Positions 20,590-29,760 of a stretch of 32,000 nt of DNA are shown piece after piece; positions within the stretch are counted from its first letter, which is position 1; each line of letters opens with the position of its first letter. The position numbers were made by a program, and so were the translations under genes. The stretch spans positions 30,001 to 62,000 of the forward strand of contig NC_005863.1 of NCBI RefSeq assembly GCF_000195755.1, written 5' to 3'. This stretch comes from Nitratidesulfovibrio vulgaris str. Hildenborough. GTDB taxonomy: Bacteria; Desulfobacterota; Desulfovibrionia; Desulfovibrionales; Desulfovibrionaceae. A model generated the notes under the pieces. The model was given only the letters and a program-made list of their open reading frames with translations. It was not told the origin of the DNA and searched no databases.

Positions 20590-21912
20590 ATGACGGCACG
20601 GCGTTCGGCATTCCACGGGCACATGATGACGTGTCTTGCGGCACTGGGGGCTGCGGGTCTTCTGGCGTGCGCGGCGGGTAGCGCCGTGGCGGAAGAGACC
20701 TTCGAGGCGTCGTTCGGCCTTGGCGGCGAATACAACGACAACGTCACCGAACGCCGCAACGGCCCCGACGACTTCGTCTCGCACGTCAAGCCCGAACTCC
20801 GCTACAAGTACGATGCCGAGCGCGTGGCCGCGTCCATCAGGTACAAGGGCGACTACGCCTTCTACATGCAGGGCGAGTCCCCCGACGACTACAGCCATAC
20901 CCTCGAGGCCAAGGCCCTGCTCGAACTGGCCGAAGAGCGTTTCTTCCTCGACATCTCCGAGAACCTGCGCCCCGTCTACCGTCAGGCCTCGCGCGGCGAC
21001 CTCATCGAGGGCGACACCCGGCGCGACCAGACCGACCAGAACACCTTCGCCGTGTCGCCGTATCTCGTGTTCGGGTCGGGCGAGCGCGTCAGCCTGAAGA
21101 CGGGCTACCGCTTCACCGACATCCGCTACGCCGACGAGACCGAACCCGGCAGCGGTTCGCGCACCTTCCTTCCGGGATGGAGCAGCGGCGAGACCTCGCT
21201 CAACCGCAACGTGAAGCAGCAGCACGACATCTTCGCCGACGGCGAATACGAGATGACCGAACGGGTGGCGCTGCTCACCGGCTACCAGATTTCGCGGCAG
21301 GAGTCGGAAGAGCAGCAGGACTTCACCCGGCACCGCCCCTATGTCGGCTTCCGCTACGAGTACATGCAGGACAGCACCCTCAAGTTGCGGTGCGGCCCCA
21401 TGCTGACAGAGACCGACGACGGCGAGAGTTCGACCCGGTTCTACTACAGCGCCGACGTCGCCCACGCCCTCGGCAGGCACAAGCTCACCTTCCGCAGCGA
21501 GCGCGACTACACCGAAGACCCGCAAAGCGGCAGGAGCATCCTGCGCCAGATGAACACCGCGGGCATCCTCTTCGACTTCGACCGTTCGCGGCTGACCACC
21601 TCGATGGGCTACTCCGAGTACGACTCCACGCTGGAAGGCGGCGGCAACAAGTTCTGGCGCCCCGGCGTGAACTACTCCTACGACCTGACGGAACGCCTGA
21701 AAGCCAGCGCAGGCGCCACCGCCGAACTCGATGCCGGGTCGGATTCGGCGACCACGTCCGACCGCGTCTACCTCAACACCGGGCTCAACTACGAGCTCAG
21801 CGAGTCGTCGTGGCTCGCGCTGACCTACAGGTACAAGGCGGTGGACTCCAGCGACTCCGCCTCGTCCTTCAACGTCAACAGGGTCATGCTGGAATGGGGA
21901 ATGACCTTCTGA
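20590..21912 (+). CDS. outer-membrane beta-barrel protein, PEP-CTERM system-associated (TIGR03016-like)
   Basis: ATG 20590 follows AGGAG. Signal peptide ...CLAALGAAGLLACAAGSAVA. Alternating-hydrophobicity strands rich in Y/R/D/G. C-terminal ...VMLEWGMTF ends in Phe, as in OMP barrels. Confidence 0.75.
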   Translation: MTARRSAFHGHMMTCLAALGAAGLLACAAGSAVAEETFEASFGLGGEYNDNVTERRNGPDDFVSHVKPELRYKYDAERVAASIRYKGDYAFYMQGESPDDYSHTLEAKALLELAEERFFLDISENLRPVYRQASRGDLIEGDTRRDQTDQNTFAVSPYLVFGSGERVSLKTGYRFTDIRYADETEPGSGSRTFLPGWSSGETSLNRNVKQQHDIFADGEYEMTERVALLTGYQISRQESEEQQDFTRHRPYVGFRYEYMQDSTLKLRCGPMLTETDDGESSTRFYYSADVAHALGRHKLTFRSERDYTEDPQSGRSILRQMNTAGILFDFDRSRLTTSMGYSEYDSTLEGGGNKFWRPGVNYSYDLTERLKASAGATAELDAGSDSATTSDRVYLNTGLNYELSESSWLALTYRYKAVDSSDSASSFNVNRVMLEWGMTF

Positions 21913-21964
21913 CGACGGCATGAACGCAAGGCCTACGGGCCACAAGCCTCTTGGGGAGGGGAAC

Positions 21965-22816
21965 ATGCGGAACGCACTTACCATCGACGTCGAAGACTAC
22001 TTCCACGTCAGCGCATTCGAGAAGGCCGTCGACCCCGGACTGTGGGACTCGCTGCCGCAACGCGCGTTGCGCAACACCAACCACGTGCTCGACCTGCTCG
22101 ACAGGTGGGGGCTGCGTGCGACCTTCTTCACGCTGGGCTGGGTGGCGAAGCGTCACCCCGAACTCGTGCGGCGCATGGCCTCGGCAGGGCACGAGGTGGC
22201 TTGCCACGGCTATTCGCACAAGCGCATCACCACGCTCAACCCCAGGGCCTTCCGCGACGACATCCAGCGTTCGCGGCGGCTGTTGCAGGACCTGTCGGGC
22301 CAGCCGGTGAACGGCTACCGCGCGCCCAGCTACACCATCACGCAAGACACCATCTGGGCCCTCGACGTGCTCATCGAGGAGGGCTTCACCTACGATTCGA
22401 GCATCTTCCCCATCAACCACGACATCTACGGCATGCCCGGCAGCCAGCGCTTCCCGCATACCATCACCCGTGAGGGCGGCGTCATCGAGGAGTTCCCGCC
22501 CACCACCTATCAGGTGGAGGTCATGGGTCGCCGCGTGAACCTGCCCGTGGCGGGCGGGGGCTACCTGCGCCTGTTGCCCGCCACGTGGGTGAGCGGCGCC
22601 TTCAGGCGGCTGAACGATTCGGGCAAGCCGTGCGTCCTCTACTTCCACCCGTGGGAGATAGACCCGGCGCAACCGCGCATCCGCGCCACGGCACGTTCGC
22701 GCTTCAGGCACTACCTGAACCTCGACTCCACCGAGTCGAAGCTGCGGCACCTGTTCTCTTCGTTGCGCTTCACCACCATGAGTTCGGTGCTCTTCGGGAC
22801 GGTGGCCCATGTCTGA
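21965..22816 (+). CDS. polysaccharide deacetylase, PEP-CTERM/XrtA-locus subfamily (TIGR03006-like)
   Basis: ATG 21965 follows GGGGAGGGG. MRNALTIDVEDYFHVSAFE, then TFFTLGWVAKRHPELV and HEVACHGYSH, which are NodB-type motifs. Confidence 0.9.
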   Translation: MRNALTIDVEDYFHVSAFEKAVDPGLWDSLPQRALRNTNHVLDLLDRWGLRATFFTLGWVAKRHPELVRRMASAGHEVACHGYSHKRITTLNPRAFRDDIQRSRRLLQDLSGQPVNGYRAPSYTITQDTIWALDVLIEEGFTYDSSIFPINHDIYGMPGSQRFPHTITREGGVIEEFPPTTYQVEVMGRRVNLPVAGGGYLRLLPATWVSGAFRRLNDSGKPCVLYFHPWEIDPAQPRIRATARSRFRHYLNLDSTESKLRHLFSSLRFTTMSSVLFGTVAHV

Positions 22817-23855
22817 CATGGAGGTCAGGGGCGTCGACCCCAACGCCCCGCAAGAGGCGGCCCTGTGGGACGCCTACGTGGCGGCCCATGCGGAGTCCAC
22901 GGGCTATCACCGCATGGGCTGGACGCGGGTGGCGCAACGGGCCTTCGGGCACGCGGCGTATCCCCTCGCGGCCTTCGACGGCGGACGCATCGCCGGGGTG
23001 CTGCCCCTCGTCCACATCCGCAGCCGCCTCTTCGGGCGCTTTCTCGTCTCGCTGCCCTTCGTCAACTACGGCGGGCTGCTGGCGGACTCCGCCGAGGCGG
23101 CGCAGGCGCTCATCGACGAGGCCGAGGGCCTGCTGCGGCGCACCGGGGCGGGCAGCATCGAACTGCGGCACGTGGGGCCGCCGCGCCTCGGGCTTTCCGC
23201 CAAGTCGCACAAGGTGACCATGCTCCTCGACCTGCCGGACGACCCCGACACCCTGTGGCGCGGCCTGCGCGACAAGGTGCGCAATCAGGTGCGCAAGGCG
23301 GGCAAGTCGGGCCTCACCGTGGAACAGGGCGGCGCGGGGCTGCTTGGGCCGTTCTACGACGTGTTCGCCGTCAACATGCGCGACCTCGGCACGCCGGTGT
23401 ACTCGCGGCGCTTCTTCGAGACCATCATGGACGAATTCCCCGGCGCCACGCGCATCGTCGCCGTGCGCGACGGAGACGCCGTGGTGGCGGCAGCCCTCTG
23501 CTACACGCACGGCAACACCTTCGAGGTGCCGTGGGCCTCGTCGCTGCGCACCCACCGTGACCGCTGCCCCAACAACCTCATGTACTGGCACTGCATGGAG
23601 ACGGCGTGCCGTGAAGGGTTCACCGTGTTCGACTTCGGGCGTTCGTCGCGCGACAGCGGCCCGTGGCGCTTCAAGGCGCAGTGGGGCGCGCGCGAGGTGC
23701 CCCTCAGCTGGGAGTACCTGCTGGCCGATGGCGCACCCCTGCCCGACCTCAACCCGTCCAGCGCCCGCTTCAGCCTCGCCGTGCGGGTGTGGCGGCATCT
23801 GCCCGTGGCCCTCACGCGGTTCATCGGCCCGCACATCGTCAGGAGCATCCCATGA
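22809..23855 (+). CDS. FemAB-family protein, PEP-CTERM system-associated (TIGR03019-like)
   Basis: Overlaps the upstream gene by 8 nt. About 348 aa with the two-lobed GNAT-like FemAB layout (GYHRMGW...SLPFVNYGG ... NNLMYWHCMETACREGFTVFDFGRS). Confidence 0.85.
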   Translation: MSDMEVRGVDPNAPQEAALWDAYVAAHAESTGYHRMGWTRVAQRAFGHAAYPLAAFDGGRIAGVLPLVHIRSRLFGRFLVSLPFVNYGGLLADSAEAAQALIDEAEGLLRRTGAGSIELRHVGPPRLGLSAKSHKVTMLLDLPDDPDTLWRGLRDKVRNQVRKAGKSGLTVEQGGAGLLGPFYDVFAVNMRDLGTPVYSRRFFETIMDEFPGATRIVAVRDGDAVVAAALCYTHGNTFEVPWASSLRTHRDRCPNNLMYWHCMETACREGFTVFDFGRSSRDSGPWRFKAQWGAREVPLSWEYLLADGAPLPDLNPSSARFSLAVRVWRHLPVALTRFIGPHIVRSIP

Positions 23856-25468
23856 GCGTGTCCGACTTCTGCCGCCGCACGGGTATCTGCCCGCCCTACC
23901 GCCATCTGCCGCCCGGCGGCGTGCCGCTGCCCGTGGGCGACATCGTGGCGGCTGCGGGCACGGCCCTCGCGACAGGGTGGCAGCGTGCGTCCGGTGATGC
24001 TGCGTCCGGTGATGCGGGCCGCGCTGCGCTGGCGGCCCTCGGCACGGCGCTGCACGCGCTCACGGGTTGCCGTCACGCCTTCGCCCTCGGCACCGGGCGG
24101 GCGGCCCTCTCCGTGACGCTACAGGCCATGCGCCGTCTAGCCCCGGCGCGTGACGTGGTGCTGCTGCCCGCCTACACCTCGTATTCCGTGGCTGCCGCCG
24201 CCGTACACGCGGGGCTGCTGGTGCGGCTGTACGACCTCGACCCCGCGACGCTGGCCCCCCGCATGGAGGATGTGACCGCGCAGCTGGACGACCGGGTGCT
24301 GGCGGTGGTGGCGTGCCACCTCTTCGGCTACCCCGTGCCCACCGGTGCCTTGCGCGACCTGTGCCACGGGGCCGGGGCCATGCTGGTGGACGATGCGGCG
24401 CAGGCCATGGGCGCACGTTCAGCCGACGGGCTTGCGGGCACCACGGGCGATGCGGGGTTGTTCAGCCTCGCCCGTGGCAAGAACATCACGGCGGTGGACG
24501 GCGGCCTCGTGGTCACGGACGACGACGCGCTGGCGGCTGCCGTGGCGGGACTCGTGCCGTGGGCGGCGCTGCCCTGCACCGCATCCACTGCGGCGACGCC
24601 TTCAGTGACGACAGCAGCGACGCCTTCCGCACCCGGCCCGGTGACGGGTCTGGCGACGGGTGACGCATCGGGTGCAGCACCGGGTGAAGCATCGGGCACC
24701 ACGGCGGCTGGCCCATCGACTGGCACGTCACCCGCCCCGGCGCGGGGCAGGGCTGCGGAGGCCGTCGCCGACATGCGCCTTCTGGCGCGTGTGGTCATGC
24801 TGCGCCTCTTCCTGAATCCCGCCCTGTACTGGGTGCCCGCGTCGCTGCCCTTTCTCGGCATCGGGACATCCCGCTTCGACCCCGATTTCGAGGTCGGGCC
24901 CCTGCGCCCCTTGCAGGCGACGCTGGCGGCGCGCGCCATGGCGCGGCTTGACGCCATCAACGGCGACCGCAGCCGCGTGGCGACGGCACTGGAACAGCGT
25001 CTCCATCACGTGCCGGGGTTGCGCACCCTCTGTGTGCAGCCGGGGGCGATGCCCGTCCACCTGCGGCTTCCGGTGCTGCCCGAGGCGTGCGAATGGCCCG
25101 GCGACACCGTGCCGGAGGCGTCACGCCTCGGCCTTGTGCGGTCGTACCCCCTGTCGCTGCAAGACCTCGCGGCAGAGGCCCCGCGGCTGGCGGCGCACCT
25201 TCTGCCCGGGCCGGACTGCCCCGCATCGCGGTGGCTGGCCGCCACGCTGCTGACCCTGCCCACCCATGCCGGGGTGACGGAAGACGACATGGACGCCATG
25301 GCGGACAACCTGTCTGCCGTCATGGCGGGGGTGCCCGCTGGAGAGATGCCGGGGGTACCCGCTGGAGGAACCTCGGGCGGCACGACGTGCGGTTCGTATG
25401 AGGCCGTCCGCGCCTGCCCTGCCGCGGGTATCGCCGTGTCAGGCCGACCCGATGGGGGTGCGCGATGA
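23852..25468 (+). CDS. DegT/DnrJ/EryC1/StrS-family PLP-dependent aminotransferase with a ~70-aa Ala/Thr/Pro/Gly low-complexity insert
   Basis: ATG 23852 forms an ATGA overlap with the upstream stop, with AGGAG upstream. LGTGRAALSVTL, then VDDAAQAMGA and FSLARGKNITAVDGG (PLP-lysine motif). The insert spans roughly ...CTASTAATPSVTTAATPSAPGPVTGLATGDASGAAPGEASGTTAAGPSTGTSPAPARG. Confidence 0.8.
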   Translation: MSVSDFCRRTGICPPYRHLPPGGVPLPVGDIVAAAGTALATGWQRASGDAASGDAGRAALAALGTALHALTGCRHAFALGTGRAALSVTLQAMRRLAPARDVVLLPAYTSYSVAAAAVHAGLLVRLYDLDPATLAPRMEDVTAQLDDRVLAVVACHLFGYPVPTGALRDLCHGAGAMLVDDAAQAMGARSADGLAGTTGDAGLFSLARGKNITAVDGGLVVTDDDALAAAVAGLVPWAALPCTASTAATPSVTTAATPSAPGPVTGLATGDASGAAPGEASGTTAAGPSTGTSPAPARGRAAEAVADMRLLARVVMLRLFLNPALYWVPASLPFLGIGTSRFDPDFEVGPLRPLQATLAARAMARLDAINGDRSRVATALEQRLHHVPGLRTLCVQPGAMPVHLRLPVLPEACEWPGDTVPEASRLGLVRSYPLSLQDLAAEAPRLAAHLLPGPDCPASRWLAATLLTLPTHAGVTEDDMDAMADNLSAVMAGVPAGEMPGVPAGGTSGGTTCGSYEAVRACPAAGIAVSGRPDGGAR

Positions 25469-26913
25469 AGACGCTGTTCTGGCTGTCGTCCGGGCTGCTG
25501 GCCTATGCCTTCGTGGGCTACCCGCTGCTTCTGGAAGCGGGGTCGCGCCTCGTGCGGCGTACTGCGGCGCGTCGTGCCGCCTCCCCCGACGTCAGCCCTG
25601 CCGCCCCTTCGTCAGCCCGCCCTTCAGCCAGTATGGCCGCATCATGGCACAGCGCGGCACAGGCCGATGCCCCGTCCGTCCGTCCGTCAGCTGGCCCGTC
25701 CGCATCCTCACCCGACACGGCCCGCGTCATCCCGGACGCCGACCTGCCCACCGTGAGCGTGCTGCTCTCCGTCTTCGACGAGGAGGCGGTCATCGAGCGC
25801 AAGATACTGAATTTCCTCGCGCTGGACTACCCGGCAGAGCGCATCGAACTGTGCGTGGTCTCCGACGGCTGCACCGACGCCACCGAGAGCATCGTCGCCC
25901 GCTACGCGGGGCAGCGGGTGCGCCTCGTGCGGCAGGAGGCACGCGGCGGCAAGACCCGCGCCCTCAACCGCGCCGCGGCAGAGGCACACGGCGACGTGCT
26001 GGTCTTCACCGACGCCAACGCCATGTTCCGCCCCGACTGCGTGCGGCGGCTGGCCGAACGGCTTGCCGACCCCGGCGTGGGCCTCGTCAGCGGTGTGAGC
26101 GTCTACGTCCACGCCAGCGGCGACACCACGGCGGGCGGCGTGTACCGGCGCTACGAGGAATGGATCAAATCGCGCGAGAGCGACCTCTTCTCCATCGTGG
26201 GGGCCGACGGCGCGGCCTATGCCATGCGCCGTGCGCTCTACACCCCGCTGGCCCCGGAGTATATCAACGACCTGCTGCACCCCGTACAGGTGCTGCTGGC
26301 GGGGGCGCGGGCCGTGAGCGAACCCCGTGCCGTGGTCGAGGAGGAGGTCGACGCGCCCGTAGCGTCACCCGGCAGCACGCAACCGGGCAACACGCAACCG
26401 GGCAGCACGTCGTCTGGCGGAAGGTCATCTTTCGGCACGTCACCCGGCATGCAACCCGGCCCGCAGTCCCGCCCGCGACCGCAGGCGCAGCCCGACTCAC
26501 AGCCCGATACGGGCGCGGAGATGCGGCGTCAGACCCGCATCATGGCCCAGTCGTGGCTCATCTGCCTGCGGCAGCTTCCGGTGCTGGTGCGCCGGGGGTG
26601 CTGGGGCTTCGTGTGGCAGATGCTGTCGCACAAGGTGTTGCGCTGGGCCACGCTGCCGTTGCTGGCGGTGTGCGCGGTCAGTGCGGTGGCGCTCGTCCCC
26701 CGCGGTATGCCCTATGCCCTCGCGGCTGCGGCCCTCGCAGGCGGCGGACTGCTGGCGTGGGCCGGGGCGCGCGGGCTTGGCGGCGGGCGGGGGTGGGGCG
26801 GTCATGCCCGCACGGCGTGGCTGTTCGTGGTGCTTCATGCCGCTGCGGTCAACGGCCTGTACAGGCTGCTGCGCGGGCAGACCTTCGTGACGTGGACGCC
26901 CAGAGGGGACTGA
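25465..26913 (+). CDS. membrane-anchored family-2 glycosyltransferase with two low-complexity inserts
   Basis: ATGA overlap with the upstream stop. N-terminal TM, then PTVSVLLSVFDEE, VVSDGCTDAT and LVFTDANAMF (GT2 DxD region), with C-terminal TM helices. The inserts are rich in Ser/Pro/Ala and in (GSTQP/GNTQP) repeats. Confidence 0.85.
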   Translation: MKTLFWLSSGLLAYAFVGYPLLLEAGSRLVRRTAARRAASPDVSPAAPSSARPSASMAASWHSAAQADAPSVRPSAGPSASSPDTARVIPDADLPTVSVLLSVFDEEAVIERKILNFLALDYPAERIELCVVSDGCTDATESIVARYAGQRVRLVRQEARGGKTRALNRAAAEAHGDVLVFTDANAMFRPDCVRRLAERLADPGVGLVSGVSVYVHASGDTTAGGVYRRYEEWIKSRESDLFSIVGADGAAYAMRRALYTPLAPEYINDLLHPVQVLLAGARAVSEPRAVVEEEVDAPVASPGSTQPGNTQPGSTSSGGRSSFGTSPGMQPGPQSRPRPQAQPDSQPDTGAEMRRQTRIMAQSWLICLRQLPVLVRRGCWGFVWQMLSHKVLRWATLPLLAVCAVSAVALVPRGMPYALAAAALAGGGLLAWAGARGLGGGRGWGGHARTAWLFVVLHAAAVNGLYRLLRGQTFVTWTPRGD

Positions 26914-26988
26914 CGCGGCGTCAGCGTCGATGTTTTCAGGGGATTTCGTGCATCAGGCGAAGCGACACCGGACGTGAGGAGGGAACAT

Positions 26989-28305
26989 ATGCAGGCAAGA
27001 ACACCCGTTATCGCCGTGGCGCGCATCCTGCGCCATGCGTGGAGGCTTGGACGCAAGGTCGTGCGTGCCATGCGCGCCGACCACTGCCCGCTGCCGCTGC
27101 CCTCGTTCGCGTACCTGAACGGAGAGGGCGACATGGCGCGGTTGCACCGTGCCTGCCAAAGGCTGGACGTGTCACGCTGCGTGACCGCCGCCTCGTGGGT
27201 GCGGCTTCTCATCAGCACGCTGTCGTGGCCCGGCAGTGCGTTCATGGGCAGCGTCGCCCGGGCGGTGCGGCAGGGGGGCGACGTGGCCCGCCGTTACCAT
27301 GTGCCGCGCTGGCGGCAGGTGGGCCAAAGCTACAAGGCGGCCATGCGCCACAACATGAACGCGCGGCTGTTCTACGACTTCGACCTCTTCCGGCCCGACG
27401 CGCCAAGCCCCGGCAGCTTCATCATGCCGCATGAACTGCGCATCATCGCCGATGTGCTGTCCGCCACCAGCATGTCGCCCGACATCACCGACCGCGTGGC
27501 CTTCCTGCGCCGTTGCGACGAACTGGGTCTGCCCTGCGTGCCGGTGCTGGCGCGCTTCGACCCCGACGGCACGGTGGCATGGGCCGAAGACGCCCTGCAA
27601 CAGGCGCAGGGGCGCGACCTGTACCTCAAGCCCGCCGACTGGGACGACGGGCTGTGCGGCGAACTGTGGCAATGGCGCAGCGGGCAGGGCTGCTGGCTGC
27701 GGCACGGCAACCGGGTGACGCTGGACGACATCGGGGCGCGCGCACGCGACCTTTCCGCAGGGCGCACCATGCTGCTGCAACCCTTCGAACCCGCCCACCC
27801 CGTGTTGCGGCCCCTCGGCCTTCTGGGGTCGTGCTCGGTGCGCTGCTTCACGCTGGCGGCCATCGGGGGCGAACCGGAACTCGTCGCGGCGCTGACGCGT
27901 ATCCCCGGCGGGTGGTGGCGGGCCGAATGCGGCCCGGAATACGGCCTCACGGCGCGGGTGGTCGACCTGCGGACGGGTGAACTCGGCGATGGCGTCAAGA
28001 GCCGTTCGCCGCAACGCTGGAAGCGCCACCCCGAGACGGGCGAGGTCATCGCCGGCCTGCGTCTGCCCCTGTGGGACGAGGCACGCGCCCTCGCCACCGA
28101 GGCGCACCGCCTGATGCCCGACTACCCCGTCATGTCGTGGGACATCGTCATCGGCACCGACACGTTGCGGCTTCTGGGCGGCAGCCCCGCGCCGCGCATC
28201 GACACCGCACGCTTCCCGGCGGGCGAGGGCATGAACGACGAACGGTTCGCCAACTTCATCCTCGCGCATTGCGAACGGCTGGGTGCCGTGGCCGCCGTGC
28301 ATTGA
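26989..28305 (+). CDS. sugar-transfer-associated ATP-grasp family protein (ATPgrasp_ST-like)
   Basis: ATG 26989 follows GAGGAGGG. LFYDFDLFRP, then DLYLKPADW, MLLQPFE and HPETGEVIAGLRLPLWDEA...MSWDIVIG match my recollection of this family. No search was run. Confidence 0.65.
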   Translation: MQARTPVIAVARILRHAWRLGRKVVRAMRADHCPLPLPSFAYLNGEGDMARLHRACQRLDVSRCVTAASWVRLLISTLSWPGSAFMGSVARAVRQGGDVARRYHVPRWRQVGQSYKAAMRHNMNARLFYDFDLFRPDAPSPGSFIMPHELRIIADVLSATSMSPDITDRVAFLRRCDELGLPCVPVLARFDPDGTVAWAEDALQQAQGRDLYLKPADWDDGLCGELWQWRSGQGCWLRHGNRVTLDDIGARARDLSAGRTMLLQPFEPAHPVLRPLGLLGSCSVRCFTLAAIGGEPELVAALTRIPGGWWRAECGPEYGLTARVVDLRTGELGDGVKSRSPQRWKRHPETGEVIAGLRLPLWDEARALATEAHRLMPDYPVMSWDIVIGTDTLRLLGGSPAPRIDTARFPAGEGMNDERFANFILAHCERLGAVAAVH

Positions 28306-28359
28306 CCCGCGCGCGGTGCGCCCTCGCGGCGTGCCGACGGGCGAAAGGACAGTCTCCCC

Positions 28360-29757
28360 TTGGACATGGTCGCCATTCATCTGCTGACACTGGTGGGGTT
28401 CACGCGCATCGCGGAACTGTTCCCCGTGCTCGCCCCGCTGCATCTGGGCAAGCTGGCCTTCGCGCTGGGCGGGCTGACGCTGGCCGTGAGCGCGTCGCGC
28501 ATCACGCCGCCCGTGGTATGGCGCACGCCCCTGCTGCGGCAGGTCCTGCTGCTGCTCTTGCTCGCGGCGCTGAGCGTGCCGTTCAGCGTCTGGCGCGCCG
28601 GTGCGCTGGAGAGCTTTCAGGGGGTGGCGAAGACGGTGTTCATCTTCGTGGCGCTGGCGGTCATGTCGCGTCGTGACGGGGGGGCGATGCTGCGGCTTGC
28701 GCTGATGATCGGCGTTTCGCTGCTGAGCGGCATGATGCTGGTGGAGAAGGGCACGGGCCGCGCCTTCGTGAGCGCCACCTACGACGCCAACGACCTTGCC
28801 CTGCTCTTCGCCATGTTCCTGCCGGTGCTCGGGGCCGAAGGGCTGGCAGGGCGCTGGGTGGTGCGGCTCGCCGCGTGGGGGGCCGCCGCCATGGCCCTCG
28901 TGGCCATGACCATGACCCAGTCGCGCGGCGGACTCGTGGCCCTTGCGGTGATGGGGTTGCACATGGTGCTGGCCTCGCGGCGCAGGCTGCCGCTGCTGGC
29001 GCTCTTGCTGCTGGCGGGCGGCATCTTCTACGCCAGTGCCGACGCCTCGTTCTGGGACCGGTTCGCCATCCTGGGCGACGCGGATGCGGACTACAACGTC
29101 TCCGCCCGAACGGGACGGCTCGAACTGTGGAAGAGCGGCCTCGCCATGATGCTGTCGAACCCGCTTCTCGGCGTGGGGGTGGGGCAGTTCGCCCCCGCCA
29201 ACTTCATGTACGGCAACGGCGCCTATCTCACGGCGCACAACACCTACATCCAGGTGGCCACCGAGATGGGGCTGGCGGCCCTTGTGGTGTACTGCTCGCT
29301 GCTGCTGACGGTGGCGCGGCTTGCCGACCGTGGCATCTCCCCGTCCCGTCCCTCGCACCCGTCCGGAACCCCGCCCGAAACCTCGTCCGAAGCCCTGCCC
29401 GAAGCCCCGCCCGGGCATGAAGACCCTCACGCCCGCGCGGAACGGTTGCGCTGGCTTGGCGTGCGCTACGCCCTCACCGCGTTCATGACCGGCATCTGCT
29501 TCGTCTCCGAGGCGTTCAGCATGTCGTTCTTCTGCCTGCTGGCCCTCGTGGCGGCCATGGCGGTGCGTCTTGAGGAGCGCGAGGCCGCCTCCGGCATCGC
29601 CGACGAACCGCAGACGCCCGCCCCCGAACCCTACAGGCGGGGGCGCGGACGGGGCGGTGCGGGCAACGTCCGCCCCGGCAGCCACAACGCGGGCACCACC
29701 CTCGGGCGACGCCGTTCACCGGCCCACGCCGCCATCCACGACCCGTCAGGCAGGTGA
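28360..29757 (+). CDS. O-antigen ligase/Wzy-like polymerase-type membrane protein (exosortase-A-associated O-glycosylation ligase, TIGR03097-like)
   Basis: Multi-TM protein. Wzy_C-type block TQSRGGLVALAV...RLELWKSGLAMMLSNPLLGVGVGQF...HNTYIQVATEMGL. The start is TTG 28360 or ATG 28366. Confidence 0.8.
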   Translation: MDMVAIHLLTLVGFTRIAELFPVLAPLHLGKLAFALGGLTLAVSASRITPPVVWRTPLLRQVLLLLLLAALSVPFSVWRAGALESFQGVAKTVFIFVALAVMSRRDGGAMLRLALMIGVSLLSGMMLVEKGTGRAFVSATYDANDLALLFAMFLPVLGAEGLAGRWVVRLAAWGAAAMALVAMTMTQSRGGLVALAVMGLHMVLASRRRLPLLALLLLAGGIFYASADASFWDRFAILGDADADYNVSARTGRLELWKSGLAMMLSNPLLGVGVGQFAPANFMYGNGAYLTAHNTYIQVATEMGLAALVVYCSLLLTVARLADRGISPSRPSHPSGTPPETSSEALPEAPPGHEDPHARAERLRWLGVRYALTAFMTGICFVSEAFSMSFFCLLALVAAMAVRLEEREAASGIADEPQTPAPEPYRRGRGRGGAGNVRPGSHNAGTTLGRRRSPAHAAIHDPSGR

Positions 29758-29760
29758 GGC

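Noticed and set aside
1545-23851. Long N-terminal extensions offered by the ORF track (1545, 2798, 3279, 5640, 6583, 11239, 15485, 17922, 18998, 20383, 21920, 23663, 26974)
   Set aside because: In each case a downstream in-frame start has a proper RBS and yields a signal peptide or family-typical N-terminus. The extension overlaps the preceding gene, a promoter or junk-like sequence.
26910-26936. Palindrome CTGACGC-G-GCGTCAG right after the GT2 stop, followed by GATGTTTTC
   Set aside because: A one-nucleotide loop makes the full hairpin sterically impossible, and the short T-run is 8 nt away. This is too weak to call a terminator, although the 75-nt gap before the ATP-grasp gene could still hold an internal signal.
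29630-29700. PAPEPYRRGRGRGG near the C-terminus of the Wzy-like protein, resembling a PEP motif plus basic cluster
   Set aside because: There is no hydrophobic helix between PEP and the basic residues, and the protein is a polytopic membrane enzyme. It is not a PEP-CTERM sorting signal.
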